In this document: positions 46,488 through 55,438 of the stretch, in pieces | Layout: each line of letters starts with the position of its first letter | Position numbering within the stretch: position 1 is the stretch's first letter | Assembly: GCA_041649755.1 (NCBI GenBank) | Contig: JBAZMK010000001.1 | Coordinates: forward strand, 66,826-130,825 | DNA length: 64,000 nt | Direction: 5' to 3' | Source: Candidatus Pacearchaeota archaeon | GTDB taxonomy: Archaea > Nanobdellota > Nanobdellia > Pacearchaeales > GW2011-AR1 | Notes under the pieces: model-generated | The model's database searches: none | The model's input: the letters and a program-made list of their open reading frames with translations, nothing else | What the model was told of the DNA's origin: nothing | Made by a program: the position numbers and the translations under genes

Positions 46488-47037
46488 TATGGCAGAAATT
46501 TATTCTCCTTCAGAAGACTCTTACTTCTTTTCTGAATTTCTTAAAGATTGGTTAAAAAAATATAAAAATAAAAGTTTTAGTTATCTTGATATGGGGACTG
46601 GGAGTGGGATTTTGTCTGAAGTTGTTTCAAAGTTTACCGAAAAGAAGAATATTTTGGCGGTTGATATTAATCCTTCGGCTGTGAAATTTGTCAGAAATAA
46701 AGGGTTTAATTCTATTAAGTCTAATCTTTTTGAGAAAGTTGGGGGAAAATTTGATTTAGTTACATTTAACGCACCTTATTTGCCAGAAGATTATAGAGAA
46801 CCTAAAAGTTCTCGTGTTGCTACAACAGGAGGTAAAAAAGGCGACGAAATATCTTTAGAATTTTTAAAACAGGTTAAAAATCACCTTAATAAAAATGGAA
46901 GAGCTTTTTTGCTCATTTCATCACTCACCCCAATGAATAGAATAAAAAAATTCAACGGGAAAATTGTTGCAAGGAAAAAATTATTTATGGAGGGCCTGTT
47001 GCTCATTGAGTTTTCTATTCCTTATTCTTTTAAATAA
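46474..47037 (+). CDS. HemK/Mtq2-like N5-glutamine (or N6-adenine) methyltransferase
   Basis: DMGTGSGIL motif I and NAPY (NPPY-type) motif IV. Confidence 0.7.
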   Translation: MICYSMAEIYSPSEDSYFFSEFLKDWLKKYKNKSFSYLDMGTGSGILSEVVSKFTEKKNILAVDINPSAVKFVRNKGFNSIKSNLFEKVGGKFDLVTFNAPYLPEDYREPKSSRVATTGGKKGDEISLEFLKQVKNHLNKNGRAFLLISSLTPMNRIKKFNGKIVARKKLFMEGLLLIEFSIPYSFK

Positions 47038-48414
47038 TTTAAGATTCTGACCAAAAATTTCATCCCAAGTCATTGTTTTTCCTTTTTCCCGGGCGTTATC
47101 CCTATGAAGCTGGAGAGTTTCAGGGTCTTGGACGTATTTTACCATACAATTAGCTAATTGTTCTATTGTCTGAGAACCCTTGTCACAATCTACAAGCAAT
47201 CCTCTCGCATTTGGGTCTTTCATTCCGATAATTTCTCCTTCTGAGGGCATTTTTAAATTTAAAATGTCTTCAATTGAACCTGAGTTCCCCGGAGAAAGCA
47301 CTTCACAGGCGTGCCAAAATTTAGAAGAGATAGGCGCTCTGCCATGACCTATTGCTTCAACGATTTGACCACTAGAGATTTGTTCGACGCCCTTATACGC
47401 AAAGACAGGAACGTCTCCTCCTGCAAAGGTTCCTGAATACTCTTCTTCACTTAATGGTCTATAAGCAAACATAATCCCATGGGAATTTTCTCTTGTTTTT
47501 CTTCCTATATTTCTTAAGAAAGAGATTTCATTAAAGGGGTCTTCTGGGTTTAATAATAATCTTGAATTCAATAAGGCTCCTCTACTTTGTTCAACAAATT
47601 CCTCAAAGGAGGGGTTTCTTTCAAAGTCAGGGTGACTTTTACCTCGGATAATTAGCCTTGTTCTCGCTTTGGAGCCTTGTTGAGTTAATTCATCGACCAT
47701 CTTACGATAAGCAGGAACAGTATAATCAAAGATTCCTTTCCCCGAGGAAATCAGACCAGGTAGAACAAAAGTGAAAACATCTTTATCAATAGACCAGCTC
47801 TCTTTTATTTCTGCACATTCTTCAGTGGTGTAGGAATCCATCCTAACCCCATGTTCAATATGTTCTATGAGGTTTTCATCAATATCCAGAGAGTATACAT
47901 CTGAAGAGAGTATTCTTTTTCCGAGAGAGGAAAGAACTATTGTTGCGTCACTTTTCTCAACGAGACCTCTTGTAACTTCTTTTAAATGAGGGGTTGGATT
48001 AGATAAAATTGTGTGAAGGGTTGTCACAATATATAATAAACCTTTTTTAAATGCAGGAGTTTCTCTTAAAGTGTCTAAAAAAGGACCATAATTATTCTCT
48101 GTTGCCCAATTTCTTCCTCCCAATCCAAATTCATGATTTATATCTACAACTGTAGGAATCCTGCCTCGGCTATTCTTTTCTAAAGCTCTCTGACCTATAT
48201 CCTTTGCTGCAGTTATCCAAGAGTTTTTATCTTCCTGACGAATAACAAGGTCTACTAAAGAGTCATAAGAGTGATGCCCATCAATCGCCGCAACATTTAT
48301 AGAACCAATTTCTGAGGTATACCTTTGTGTACCTTTAAGTTTATTCTCTGCATATGTTCCAATCCCACATAATCTTGGGGGAAAACTGCTAACAACCCTA
48401 ACATTATATTTCAT
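46981..48414 (-). CDS. Hypothetical protein with a GT4-glycosyltransferase-like N-terminus
   Basis: N-terminal VVSSFPPRLCGIGTYAENKL resembles the GT4 N-terminal motif; remainder unassigned. Confidence 0.35.
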   Translation of the reverse strand: MKYNVRVVSSFPPRLCGIGTYAENKLKGTQRYTSEIGSINVAAIDGHHSYDSLVDLVIRQEDKNSWITAAKDIGQRALEKNSRGRIPTVVDINHEFGLGGRNWATENNYGPFLDTLRETPAFKKGLLYIVTTLHTILSNPTPHLKEVTRGLVEKSDATIVLSSLGKRILSSDVYSLDIDENLIEHIEHGVRMDSYTTEECAEIKESWSIDKDVFTFVLPGLISSGKGIFDYTVPAYRKMVDELTQQGSKARTRLIIRGKSHPDFERNPSFEEFVEQSRGALLNSRLLLNPEDPFNEISFLRNIGRKTRENSHGIMFAYRPLSEEEYSGTFAGGDVPVFAYKGVEQISSGQIVEAIGHGRAPISSKFWHACEVLSPGNSGSIEDILNLKMPSEGEIIGMKDPNARGLLVDCDKGSQTIEQLANCMVKYVQDPETLQLHRDNAREKGKTMTWDEIFGQNLKLFKRIRNRKLNEQQALHK

Positions 48415-48416
48415 TT

Positions 48417-49511
48417 TTAAGGTGACAAACAGACACTTTTAAACTTTTCTACAGGTATACAGCTTAATGCGAGACCATAAGAAAGCAAAGATTCTGCCCC
48501 ACAATTTTTATTTACCGAATCTGGACCGGTTATAGCATCGTATACCGCACCACTTTCTTTTATCATTCTCATTTTAGCAGAGTTTTTACCTAAAAACCAA
48601 TTAAAAGCATAATTCATATAGTTAAGATATCTTTTATCTCCAGTGTTTAAATAAGCATCTCTACACGCTTCAACCATGACTCCCGCTTCAATTGTTTGTT
48701 CGTCGTAAACCGCCCTTTCAAAACCTTTTCTAAACCATTGCGTTTCAGTAGGATTTGTCGCAGGATTCCCATTTCCAACTGCGTGGAATACGCCTTCAAA
48801 GTCAAAAAGATTCTGAATGAGAAAATCTAATGACAGAAGCCCCATTTTTTTATATTCTTCTAAACCCAACTTTTTTCCCAGAAGGATCATTGACTGAGGA
48901 ATTCTTGCTACACAGTAAGTATACTCGTTACCAAATCCTTTCCAATCCTCTGTTGAGTTATCCATAAATCTTCTTTCAAGTTCTTTTCCTACCCTGTTAG
49001 CAAGAAGTCTAATCTTGGACTGCCCTTTTTCAGAGGTATACTTTGAGAGTGCAATCCCTAGTAAAGCAAGACCCATAGGATGGTCAACCGCTTCGGTATT
49101 TTGAAGAGAGTTTAAAAAAAAGTTTCTTGCAGAATCTCTGTCAGAATAAGTTGAATGAGAATACTCTGTTAAAGCCCACAATACCCTGCCGTAACAATCC
49201 TGCAAAGAAGAGGGATTATCTCTTACGCCCCTCTTTCCAAACTCTCCATTCAACATACGATAGTTTTCAAACCATCCATCAGCTCTCTTTGATTCGTACA
49301 GATTCCTGATAAAAATGTCTGAAAGGACTGGCACCTTAGTTCTGTTTGAGACTCTGGACAAGAATATTTCTGCTCTTGCGGTGTCATCAATGCTGAATGG
49401 AACAGAAAAATCCTTTTTTTCTCCCTTAGAATGCTGAGCTACCCCATATTTTGAAGTTGTTTCTTTCAGCCGTTTGATTACTTTTTCTATTGTCATTATG
49501 AAAGGGGTCAC
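48417..49511 (-). CDS. Hypothetical protein, possibly (alpha/alpha)6-barrel glycoside-hydrolase-like
   Basis: Weak resemblance only (QDCYGRVLWAL, VGNGNP); adjacent and co-directional with 46981-48414. Confidence 0.3.
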   Translation of the reverse strand: MTPFIMTIEKVIKRLKETTSKYGVAQHSKGEKKDFSVPFSIDDTARAEIFLSRVSNRTKVPVLSDIFIRNLYESKRADGWFENYRMLNGEFGKRGVRDNPSSLQDCYGRVLWALTEYSHSTYSDRDSARNFFLNSLQNTEAVDHPMGLALLGIALSKYTSEKGQSKIRLLANRVGKELERRFMDNSTEDWKGFGNEYTYCVARIPQSMILLGKKLGLEEYKKMGLLSLDFLIQNLFDFEGVFHAVGNGNPATNPTETQWFRKGFERAVYDEQTIEAGVMVEACRDAYLNTGDKRYLNYMNYAFNWFLGKNSAKMRMIKESGAVYDAITGPDSVNKNCGAESLLSYGLALSCIPVEKFKSVCLSP

Positions 49512-49606
49512 CTCTCACAATAGAGATTATAAACAAAGGGTGCTTTTAAATCTATTCAAAACTCTACCATAATTATCTTTATATATGATTACTAAATTTA
49601 AGGGTT

Positions 49607-50797
49607 ATGGTAAAATTTGCTCATTTAGCGGACTGCCATCTTGGGGGGTGGAGACAAGAGGAACTTATGACTCTGAATTTCAGGTCTTTCCAAAAGATAA
49701 TGGAAATTTGTATTGAAGAAAAGGTAGATTTTATACTTATTTCGGGGGATTTGTTTGATTCGGCGTACCCTTCAATAGAAATTTTAAAGGAAACTTTTGC
49801 GGAGTTTAAAAAAATTAGAGACGCGGGAATTCCAGTCTATCTAATTGCAGGCAGTCATGACTTTTCTGCTTCTGGAAAGACCTTTCTTGATGTTTTAGAA
49901 AAAGCGGGTTTTTGTAAAAATGTAGAGAAATTTGAGGTTCAAGAAGACGGGAAGATAAAACTCTTGCCTTCTTTTTATGAAGATATTGCGATTTATGGTT
50001 ATTCGGGAAGAAAATCTGGGCTTGAAGTAGATTTTTTAAAAAAGGTTTTTCTTGATTCTATTCATCCTTTTACTATTTTTATGATTCACACAACAATTCA
50101 CGATATTGTCGGAAATCTTCCTGTGGACTATGTTGAGAGAAGAGACCTTCCCCTAGCGGACTACTATGCTATGGGTCATATCCATCAGGTTTTTGAGATT
50201 AGAGAGAAAAATTCTGTGTTTGTTTATCCTGGACCTGCATTTCCCAATAACTTTCAGGAATTGGCAGACTTAAAATGCGGAAGTTTTCAAATTGTTGAGG
50301 TTAATGGAAAAGTAAAAACGAGAAGCATAAAGATCCCCCTTAAAGAAGTGGCTTATCTTGAAATAGAAATTCAAAACGGGCTGACCGCAACAGAGAAAAT
50401 TATTGCTGAGATTGATAAATTAAACCTCCGAGATAAAATATTTTTATTAAAAATCTATGGAACTCTTAGTGAAGGAAAGACGGGCGACATACATTTTAAT
50501 GAGATAGAGGAATTTGTTAAGAAGAAGGAAGCGTACTCTTTTTTAAGGAATATATCTTCTATAAAAATAAAAGAAGCCGATTTTGAAATATCCCCTGAAC
50601 ATGAAAATGTTGAGGATTTAGAGAAAAAGATTGTTAGGGAATATTCTTCTAAAAATCCCGGGGATTTTAATAAATATTTACCCCGCTTGTTAGAGGCTCT
50701 GGCTATTGAAAAAAAAGAAGACGAGAAATCTGTAATTTTTGAGGAAAGATTATACTCTGAATTAAAAGACGTCCTCGACCTCGCAAAAGTTCTATGA
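49607..50797 (+). CDS. mre11: DNA double-strand-break repair nuclease Mre11
   Basis: Phosphoesterase motif I FAHLADCHLG, GDLFD, GSHD, MIHT, GHIH. Confidence 0.9.
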   Translation: MVKFAHLADCHLGGWRQEELMTLNFRSFQKIMEICIEEKVDFILISGDLFDSAYPSIEILKETFAEFKKIRDAGIPVYLIAGSHDFSASGKTFLDVLEKAGFCKNVEKFEVQEDGKIKLLPSFYEDIAIYGYSGRKSGLEVDFLKKVFLDSIHPFTIFMIHTTIHDIVGNLPVDYVERRDLPLADYYAMGHIHQVFEIREKNSVFVYPGPAFPNNFQELADLKCGSFQIVEVNGKVKTRSIKIPLKEVAYLEIEIQNGLTATEKIIAEIDKLNLRDKIFLLKIYGTLSEGKTGDIHFNEIEEFVKKKEAYSFLRNISSIKIKEADFEISPEHENVEDLEKKIVREYSSKNPGDFNKYLPRLLEALAIEKKEDEKSVIFEERLYSELKDVLDLAKVL

Positions 50798-52851
50798 TAA
50801 TAAAAAAATTGCATCTGGAGAATATAAGAAGCTACGAAGAAGTTACAATTGAATTCCCGAAAGGTTCACTCCTGTTATCAGGAGATATTGGTTCAGGAAA
50901 GACATCAATCCTCTTAGGACTGCAGTTTGCGTTATTTGGTCTTCAGCCTGGTCAAAAAAGCACCTCTCTTTTAAGACAAGGAAAAGACGTGGCTTATGTT
51001 TCATTAGAAATTGAGATTGATGGAAAAGAAATAACACTTGAGAGAACTATGAAGAGAAGTAAAAACGGAGGGATAACGCAAGAGGCAAATATCATAACAA
51101 TAGACTCTTCCAGAGAAGAACTTTCAACTTCAGAAATGAAAGACAGAGTAATGAAACTTCTTAACTATCCTAAAGAATTTGTTAAAAAGTCCAACCTTCT
51201 TTATAAGTTCACGGTTTACACCCCCCAGGAAGAAATGAAGTCAATAATTCAAGAAAGAGCCGAAATAAGGCTTGATATTTTAAGACACATTTTTGGTATT
51301 GACCGATATAAGAGAATAAAAGAAAATACACAGATTTTTTTGCAAAAGATAAAAGAGGTCACAAGAATAAAAGAGATTCTTGCTTCTGAACTCAATTTAA
51401 TAAAGGAAAAGCTTAACATAGAAAGTGAGAAAAAAATTCTTCTTGCAAGAGAAGTAAATAACCTCAATATTGAGTACCAAAAATTGATGGAAAAGAAAGA
51501 TGAAACAAAGATGAAACTTGAGTTTTATCAGAAAAGTCTAGAAGAAAAAAGAGAACTTGACTCAAAGATTTCAAATCTTGAAACGTTAATCCTCGGAAAA
51601 AAAGATTTAGAGAATAAGATAAAAAAGGAAATTTTGATTATGCAGAAACAAATTGAGGAAGAGGTAGATTTCTCTGAAGAGAGATTAAGGGCAACAATGG
51701 CTTTGTTAGATAAACACAAGTTTCTTCTTGAAGAAAAAAATGTTTCTTTTTTAAAAATAAACTCCCAGATTTCTGTCCTTAAAGCGAAAAAAGAAGAATT
51801 ACTTGGTCTGAAAGAAAAAGTTGAATCTTTAGAGAATTGTCCTACTTGCTTTCAGGTTGTAAGTTTAGAACACAAAACAAAAATTTCCAAGAGGACCCAA
51901 TTTGATATAGAGGATATTGATAGAGAGCTGGACTGCAAATTAAAAGAGAGAGAGTCTCTGATTAAAGAAACAGAAAATGAGAAAAGGCTTATACAAGAGT
52001 ATGAAGAAGATGTAAATTTAATGCAACGGAATAAGATTAAATTTGAACATCAAAATGAGATTAAAATAAGATTAAAAAGCGAGGCATTTATCCTTGATAG
52101 AACCTACAATGAAATTGAAGGATTAAAAGGACAAATTGAAGTATTAAAATCAAGACTTGTTGATTATTTAAAGTCTTATGAATTATTTGAGGGAGTAAAA
52201 AAAGAATTCGAAAATGGAGAAAGAATTGTCAGAAATTTTGAAATAAATCTCGCTGAAAAAAATAAAGAACTTGAGATTTTAAAGAGTCGGCTTGAAGAAC
52301 TTCAGAAGGATATTGAAGACAAAAGCAAGTTCAGGGAACAGGCACAATATCTGAAAGGTCTGCAAGACTGGATTGAAGAGAAATTTCTCTCGCTTATTGT
52401 TTTAACTGAAAAAAATGTTATGGTTAAACTACGGGAGGAGTTCTCTTATATATTCGGTGAGTGGTTTTCTGTTCTTGCCCCTAATTCTATTTCTGTCAGA
52501 CTTGATGAAGATTTTACTCCAATTATCACAAATCAGGATTACGAAATTGATTATGACTTTCTTTCTGGCGGGGAGAGAACCGCTGTAGCTTTGGCTTATC
52601 GTCTTGCACTTAATCAGGTTTTGAATTCCATCCTTTCCAGAATTAAAACCAAAGATTTGTTAATTTTAGATGAACCAACAGAGGGTTTTGCGTCAGAACA
52701 GCTTGACAAAATGAGAGATATTTTTGAACAATTAAATATGGAACAAATAATTTTAGTGAGCCACGAACAGAAAATTGAGGGTTTTGTTGACCATGTGATT
52801 AGGATAAGAAAAGACGGAACCAGCCAAATAGACCAACCAAAATCCTTTTAA
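50794..52851 (+). CDS. rad50: DNA repair ATPase Rad50 (short, 685 aa) with a CPTC zinc hook
   Basis: Walker A GDIGSGKTS; zinc hook LENCPTCFQ at the midpoint; signature LSGGERTAVALAYRLAL; D-loop LILDEPTEGF; start overlaps the mre11 stop. Confidence 0.9.
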   Translation: MIIKKLHLENIRSYEEVTIEFPKGSLLLSGDIGSGKTSILLGLQFALFGLQPGQKSTSLLRQGKDVAYVSLEIEIDGKEITLERTMKRSKNGGITQEANIITIDSSREELSTSEMKDRVMKLLNYPKEFVKKSNLLYKFTVYTPQEEMKSIIQERAEIRLDILRHIFGIDRYKRIKENTQIFLQKIKEVTRIKEILASELNLIKEKLNIESEKKILLAREVNNLNIEYQKLMEKKDETKMKLEFYQKSLEEKRELDSKISNLETLILGKKDLENKIKKEILIMQKQIEEEVDFSEERLRATMALLDKHKFLLEEKNVSFLKINSQISVLKAKKEELLGLKEKVESLENCPTCFQVVSLEHKTKISKRTQFDIEDIDRELDCKLKERESLIKETENEKRLIQEYEEDVNLMQRNKIKFEHQNEIKIRLKSEAFILDRTYNEIEGLKGQIEVLKSRLVDYLKSYELFEGVKKEFENGERIVRNFEINLAEKNKELEILKSRLEELQKDIEDKSKFREQAQYLKGLQDWIEEKFLSLIVLTEKNVMVKLREEFSYIFGEWFSVLAPNSISVRLDEDFTPIITNQDYEIDYDFLSGGERTAVALAYRLALNQVLNSILSRIKTKDLLILDEPTEGFASEQLDKMRDIFEQLNMEQIILVSHEQKIEGFVDHVIRIRKDGTSQIDQPKSF

Positions 52852-52873
52852 ACCAATTTTCTTAAGTATATCT

Positions 52874-53128
52874 ATGGAAGTTAAAATAATTAAAGATGAA
52901 AAGAATGAACTTGATATAGAGTTGGATAACCTTACAGTTGCAGAGCTTTTGAGAGTTTATCTAAATAAAAATGATGTTAAGATGGTTGCTTGGAAAAGAG
53001 ACCATCCTACAAAAAACCCTGTTTTACATATAGAAGCAGACAATCCGAAAAAGGCTTTAAAGAATTCAATAGCCCAGATAGAAAAAGAGATAGAATCTGC
53101 ATTAAAGGAATTTAAAAAATTAAAGTGA
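52874..53128 (+). CDS. rpoL: DNA-directed RNA polymerase subunit L (Rpo11)
   Basis: Size and pattern NELDIELDNLTVAELLR...HP...P.LHIEAD of Rpo11/RpoL. Confidence 0.65.
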   Translation: MEVKIIKDEKNELDIELDNLTVAELLRVYLNKNDVKMVAWKRDHPTKNPVLHIEADNPKKALKNSIAQIEKEIESALKEFKKLK

Positions 53129-54133
53129 ATTTTTTCTTTTGTTCTTTTTTGCTTCTTTTTTGCTTCTCACTAAAAAGTATATTATTATTATGTCAAGAAC
53201 TATTAAAGAAGTCAGGGTTACTATTGCTCCTCTGAATTTTTTCTCGCTTCCTTCAAGAACAAAGAAAGAGTATGAACCCGTCGCTATGTTTTCTCCATAA
53301 GAGGCTTTTAGATAGAGAACATATTGACCTGGAGGGAGGTCTCTGGGGATGCTTAAACCCCTTACTAATTCAAGTTTATCTTCTATTGCGATGCTTTCCT
53401 CTTTAAATGTCAAAATGTTACCATCAAAATCTTTTATAGCATAATAAAAGAAAACATCTATGCCTTTTAAGTGCCCCATATTTGTAAGGTTAAAACTCAC
53501 TTCAACTTTTTGACCAGAATAAACATAATCCTCTGTCAACTCCCCACTGACATCAAATAAGGGGGACCTTTCTTTAATATTAATTAAAACATTTATATAT
53601 TTAGTTAGGTTCCCTGATTTTACATTTATTTTTCCAGTATAAACTTCGGGTATTTCTTTATCTTCTGCAAAAACCGTAACGCCTATGTTTTTGATTTCCT
53701 GAGGGCTTAGACTAAATTTTTCTTCACTTAAAAACAAAAATTTTTCAAGGTTATGTGAAAGAGTTATGCTTTGCGAGTTATTTCCGGTGTTTTTCACTTT
53801 AATAGACCCGTTTGCTGTTTCTCCCTGCTTAATAGAATAATATAGGAAGTTCTTGTCTAATTCAAAATTGGAGATGCTCAATGGGGGTCCTACGCTAATC
53901 CCTCCGCTAGGACCTCCCCCTTCAGGAATATCGGGTGCTGGGGGGGCAGGACATTCACCACAATCTTCTTGACAAGAAGTACAATTCTCGTTCCACTCAC
54001 AAACACCATTCCCACAAACTCCGGGAATTGAGACTCTTGAAGGGGTCTGAACAGCATATCCGACATATCTTATTGTAAATACGGAAAGAAGACCTAATAA
54101 TAAAAAAACAACCAACCAAGATTTATTTTCCAT
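53120..54133 (-). CDS. Secreted surface protein: Cys-rich N-terminal module, Pro-rich linker, CARDB-like beta-sandwich, C-terminal TM plus Lys-rich tail
   Basis: Signal MENKSWLVVFLLLGLLSVF; CGNGVCEWNENCTSCQEDCGECPAPPAP; TM IVTLTSLIVLDIIIIYFLV + KKEAKKNKRKNSL. Confidence 0.55.
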   Translation of the reverse strand: MENKSWLVVFLLLGLLSVFTIRYVGYAVQTPSRVSIPGVCGNGVCEWNENCTSCQEDCGECPAPPAPDIPEGGGPSGGISVGPPLSISNFELDKNFLYYSIKQGETANGSIKVKNTGNNSQSITLSHNLEKFLFLSEEKFSLSPQEIKNIGVTVFAEDKEIPEVYTGKINVKSGNLTKYINVLINIKERSPLFDVSGELTEDYVYSGQKVEVSFNLTNMGHLKGIDVFFYYAIKDFDGNILTFKEESIAIEDKLELVRGLSIPRDLPPGQYVLYLKASYGENIATGSYSFFVLEGSEKKFRGAIVTLTSLIVLDIIIIYFLVRSKKEAKKNKRKNSL

Positions 54134-54153
54134 AGAAAATTGTAAGTAAAATA

Positions 54154-54816
54154 CTATTTATTTCTTTTCAATTTTTTCTTTCTGACAATTTTCCTTTTAA
54201 TCTTTCTTTTTGGCATTGATTGCGTGATAGAAGTCGGGGATTTATTATAATTTTTACGAACAAGGAATATTATTATAATAAGAGAGACTACAGCAATCAG
54301 GATATAAAGGGCGGTAAGGTCTCTTCCAGATGAATTACAAATTACTTTGATTCTTAAGGGGGCAGAAACTACCATCTGAGTGGCTGAACCTCCAGAATTA
54401 TCTATTTCAGAGGGATTTGCTACTGATTTAACCATTACTTCGCCAGAGAAGATTTTTTGTTCCTCAGAACATTCTTGTTTACATAATGTCCCTAAAAAAC
54501 AATCTTTTTCGTATACCTGGGGAACTTCAAAGCAAAATTCTATAGGTATCGCACTACCACTCGGGGTATTTGCAGGGATTAATTTTGTTTCAGTTTCCTG
54601 AAAAATCAAGACCTCTTTCAATTCTTCTGATAACTCAATCACTACATAGCTTTCTGTGGGCCAGGGATTATAAACTCCATAGCTTACACAGGCTTTACCA
54701 CCCTCCTCTAAGACAATTGACTCTTTTTCCCACTTAATTCCAACACCTGCTAACGAAAGTGGAACTAAAGATAAAATCCCTAAAATTAACCCTGCTAATA
54801 TCACCTCTTTTTTCAT
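54154..54816 (-). CDS. Secreted surface protein with C-terminal TM plus Lys-rich tail
   Basis: Signal MKKEVILAGLILGILSLVPLSLA; TM ALYILIAVVSLIIIIFLV + RKKKLKRNK. Confidence 0.5.
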   Translation of the reverse strand: MKKEVILAGLILGILSLVPLSLAGVGIKWEKESIVLEEGGKACVSYGVYNPWPTESYVVIELSEELKEVLIFQETETKLIPANTPSGSAIPIEFCFEVPQVYEKDCFLGTLCKQECSEEQKIFSGEVMVKSVANPSEIDNSGGSATQMVVSAPLRIKVICNSSGRDLTALYILIAVVSLIIIIFLVRKNYNKSPTSITQSMPKRKIKRKIVRKKKLKRNK

Positions 54817-54817
54817 T

Positions 54818-55402
54818 TTATTCGCAATTTCCTCCTGTAATTACTCCCTTAAAATAGACTGTATTATTATATGTTCCTACTGGTTGTGCTGCAGGGATAT
54901 CCAACCAAAATCGGTAATAGAAATTACTTCCTTTCTCTATATCCACTCCTGACTTAACATAACTCTTTGTAAGTGAAACTTCACTCGCTACGGCAGGCGT
55001 ACCTGCATCTGTTGTTGTGGAATTTGCGTATGTTTGATTACCCACTCCAATAATCTCCAGTTCCTGACTCATCAGGTCTTCATTTGCTTTAATGCACAAA
55101 TCCACATTAGAATTACTATCGTTTGAAACTTCAATATACATTGTACTTCCACTGCTCCCCCCATCATGATTATGGGTTGCGTTCACATTTGTTCCAGGTA
55201 ATTCATTTATTGTTCCAAATAAGATTCCTTCGCCTAAGTTGCTTGACATCTGGATTGCCAAATAAGAAGTGATTGTAACATTTGAAACTGCAGAGCCCTC
55301 TGTAACGTATCCTGTCATTCCGATACTTTGCAAGAGAATCATTGAAATGGATAAAACTAATAGAATTCCGAAGAAAACAATAAAGAAATTATCTCTTTTC
55401 AT
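54818..55402 (-). CDS. Secreted protein whose C-terminal ~100 aa is homologous to the C-terminus of the giant protein 55439-61207
   Basis: VDLCIKANEDLMSQELEIIGVGNQT...YYRFWLDIPAAQPVGTYNNTVYFKGV aligns with VDVYLKANSDLMTADLDTLGIGNET...IYLKFFLSAPPAQPAGVYNNSLLFKAV. Confidence 0.5.
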   Translation of the reverse strand: MKRDNFFIVFFGILLVLSISMILLQSIGMTGYVTEGSAVSNVTITSYLAIQMSSNLGEGILFGTINELPGTNVNATHNHDGGSSGSTMYIEVSNDSNSNVDLCIKANEDLMSQELEIIGVGNQTYANSTTTDAGTPAVASEVSLTKSYVKSGVDIEKGSNFYYRFWLDIPAAQPVGTYNNTVYFKGVITGGNCE

Positions 55403-55438
55403 AGTACTTATTGAATCTTTTTATTTATAAATCTTTTG

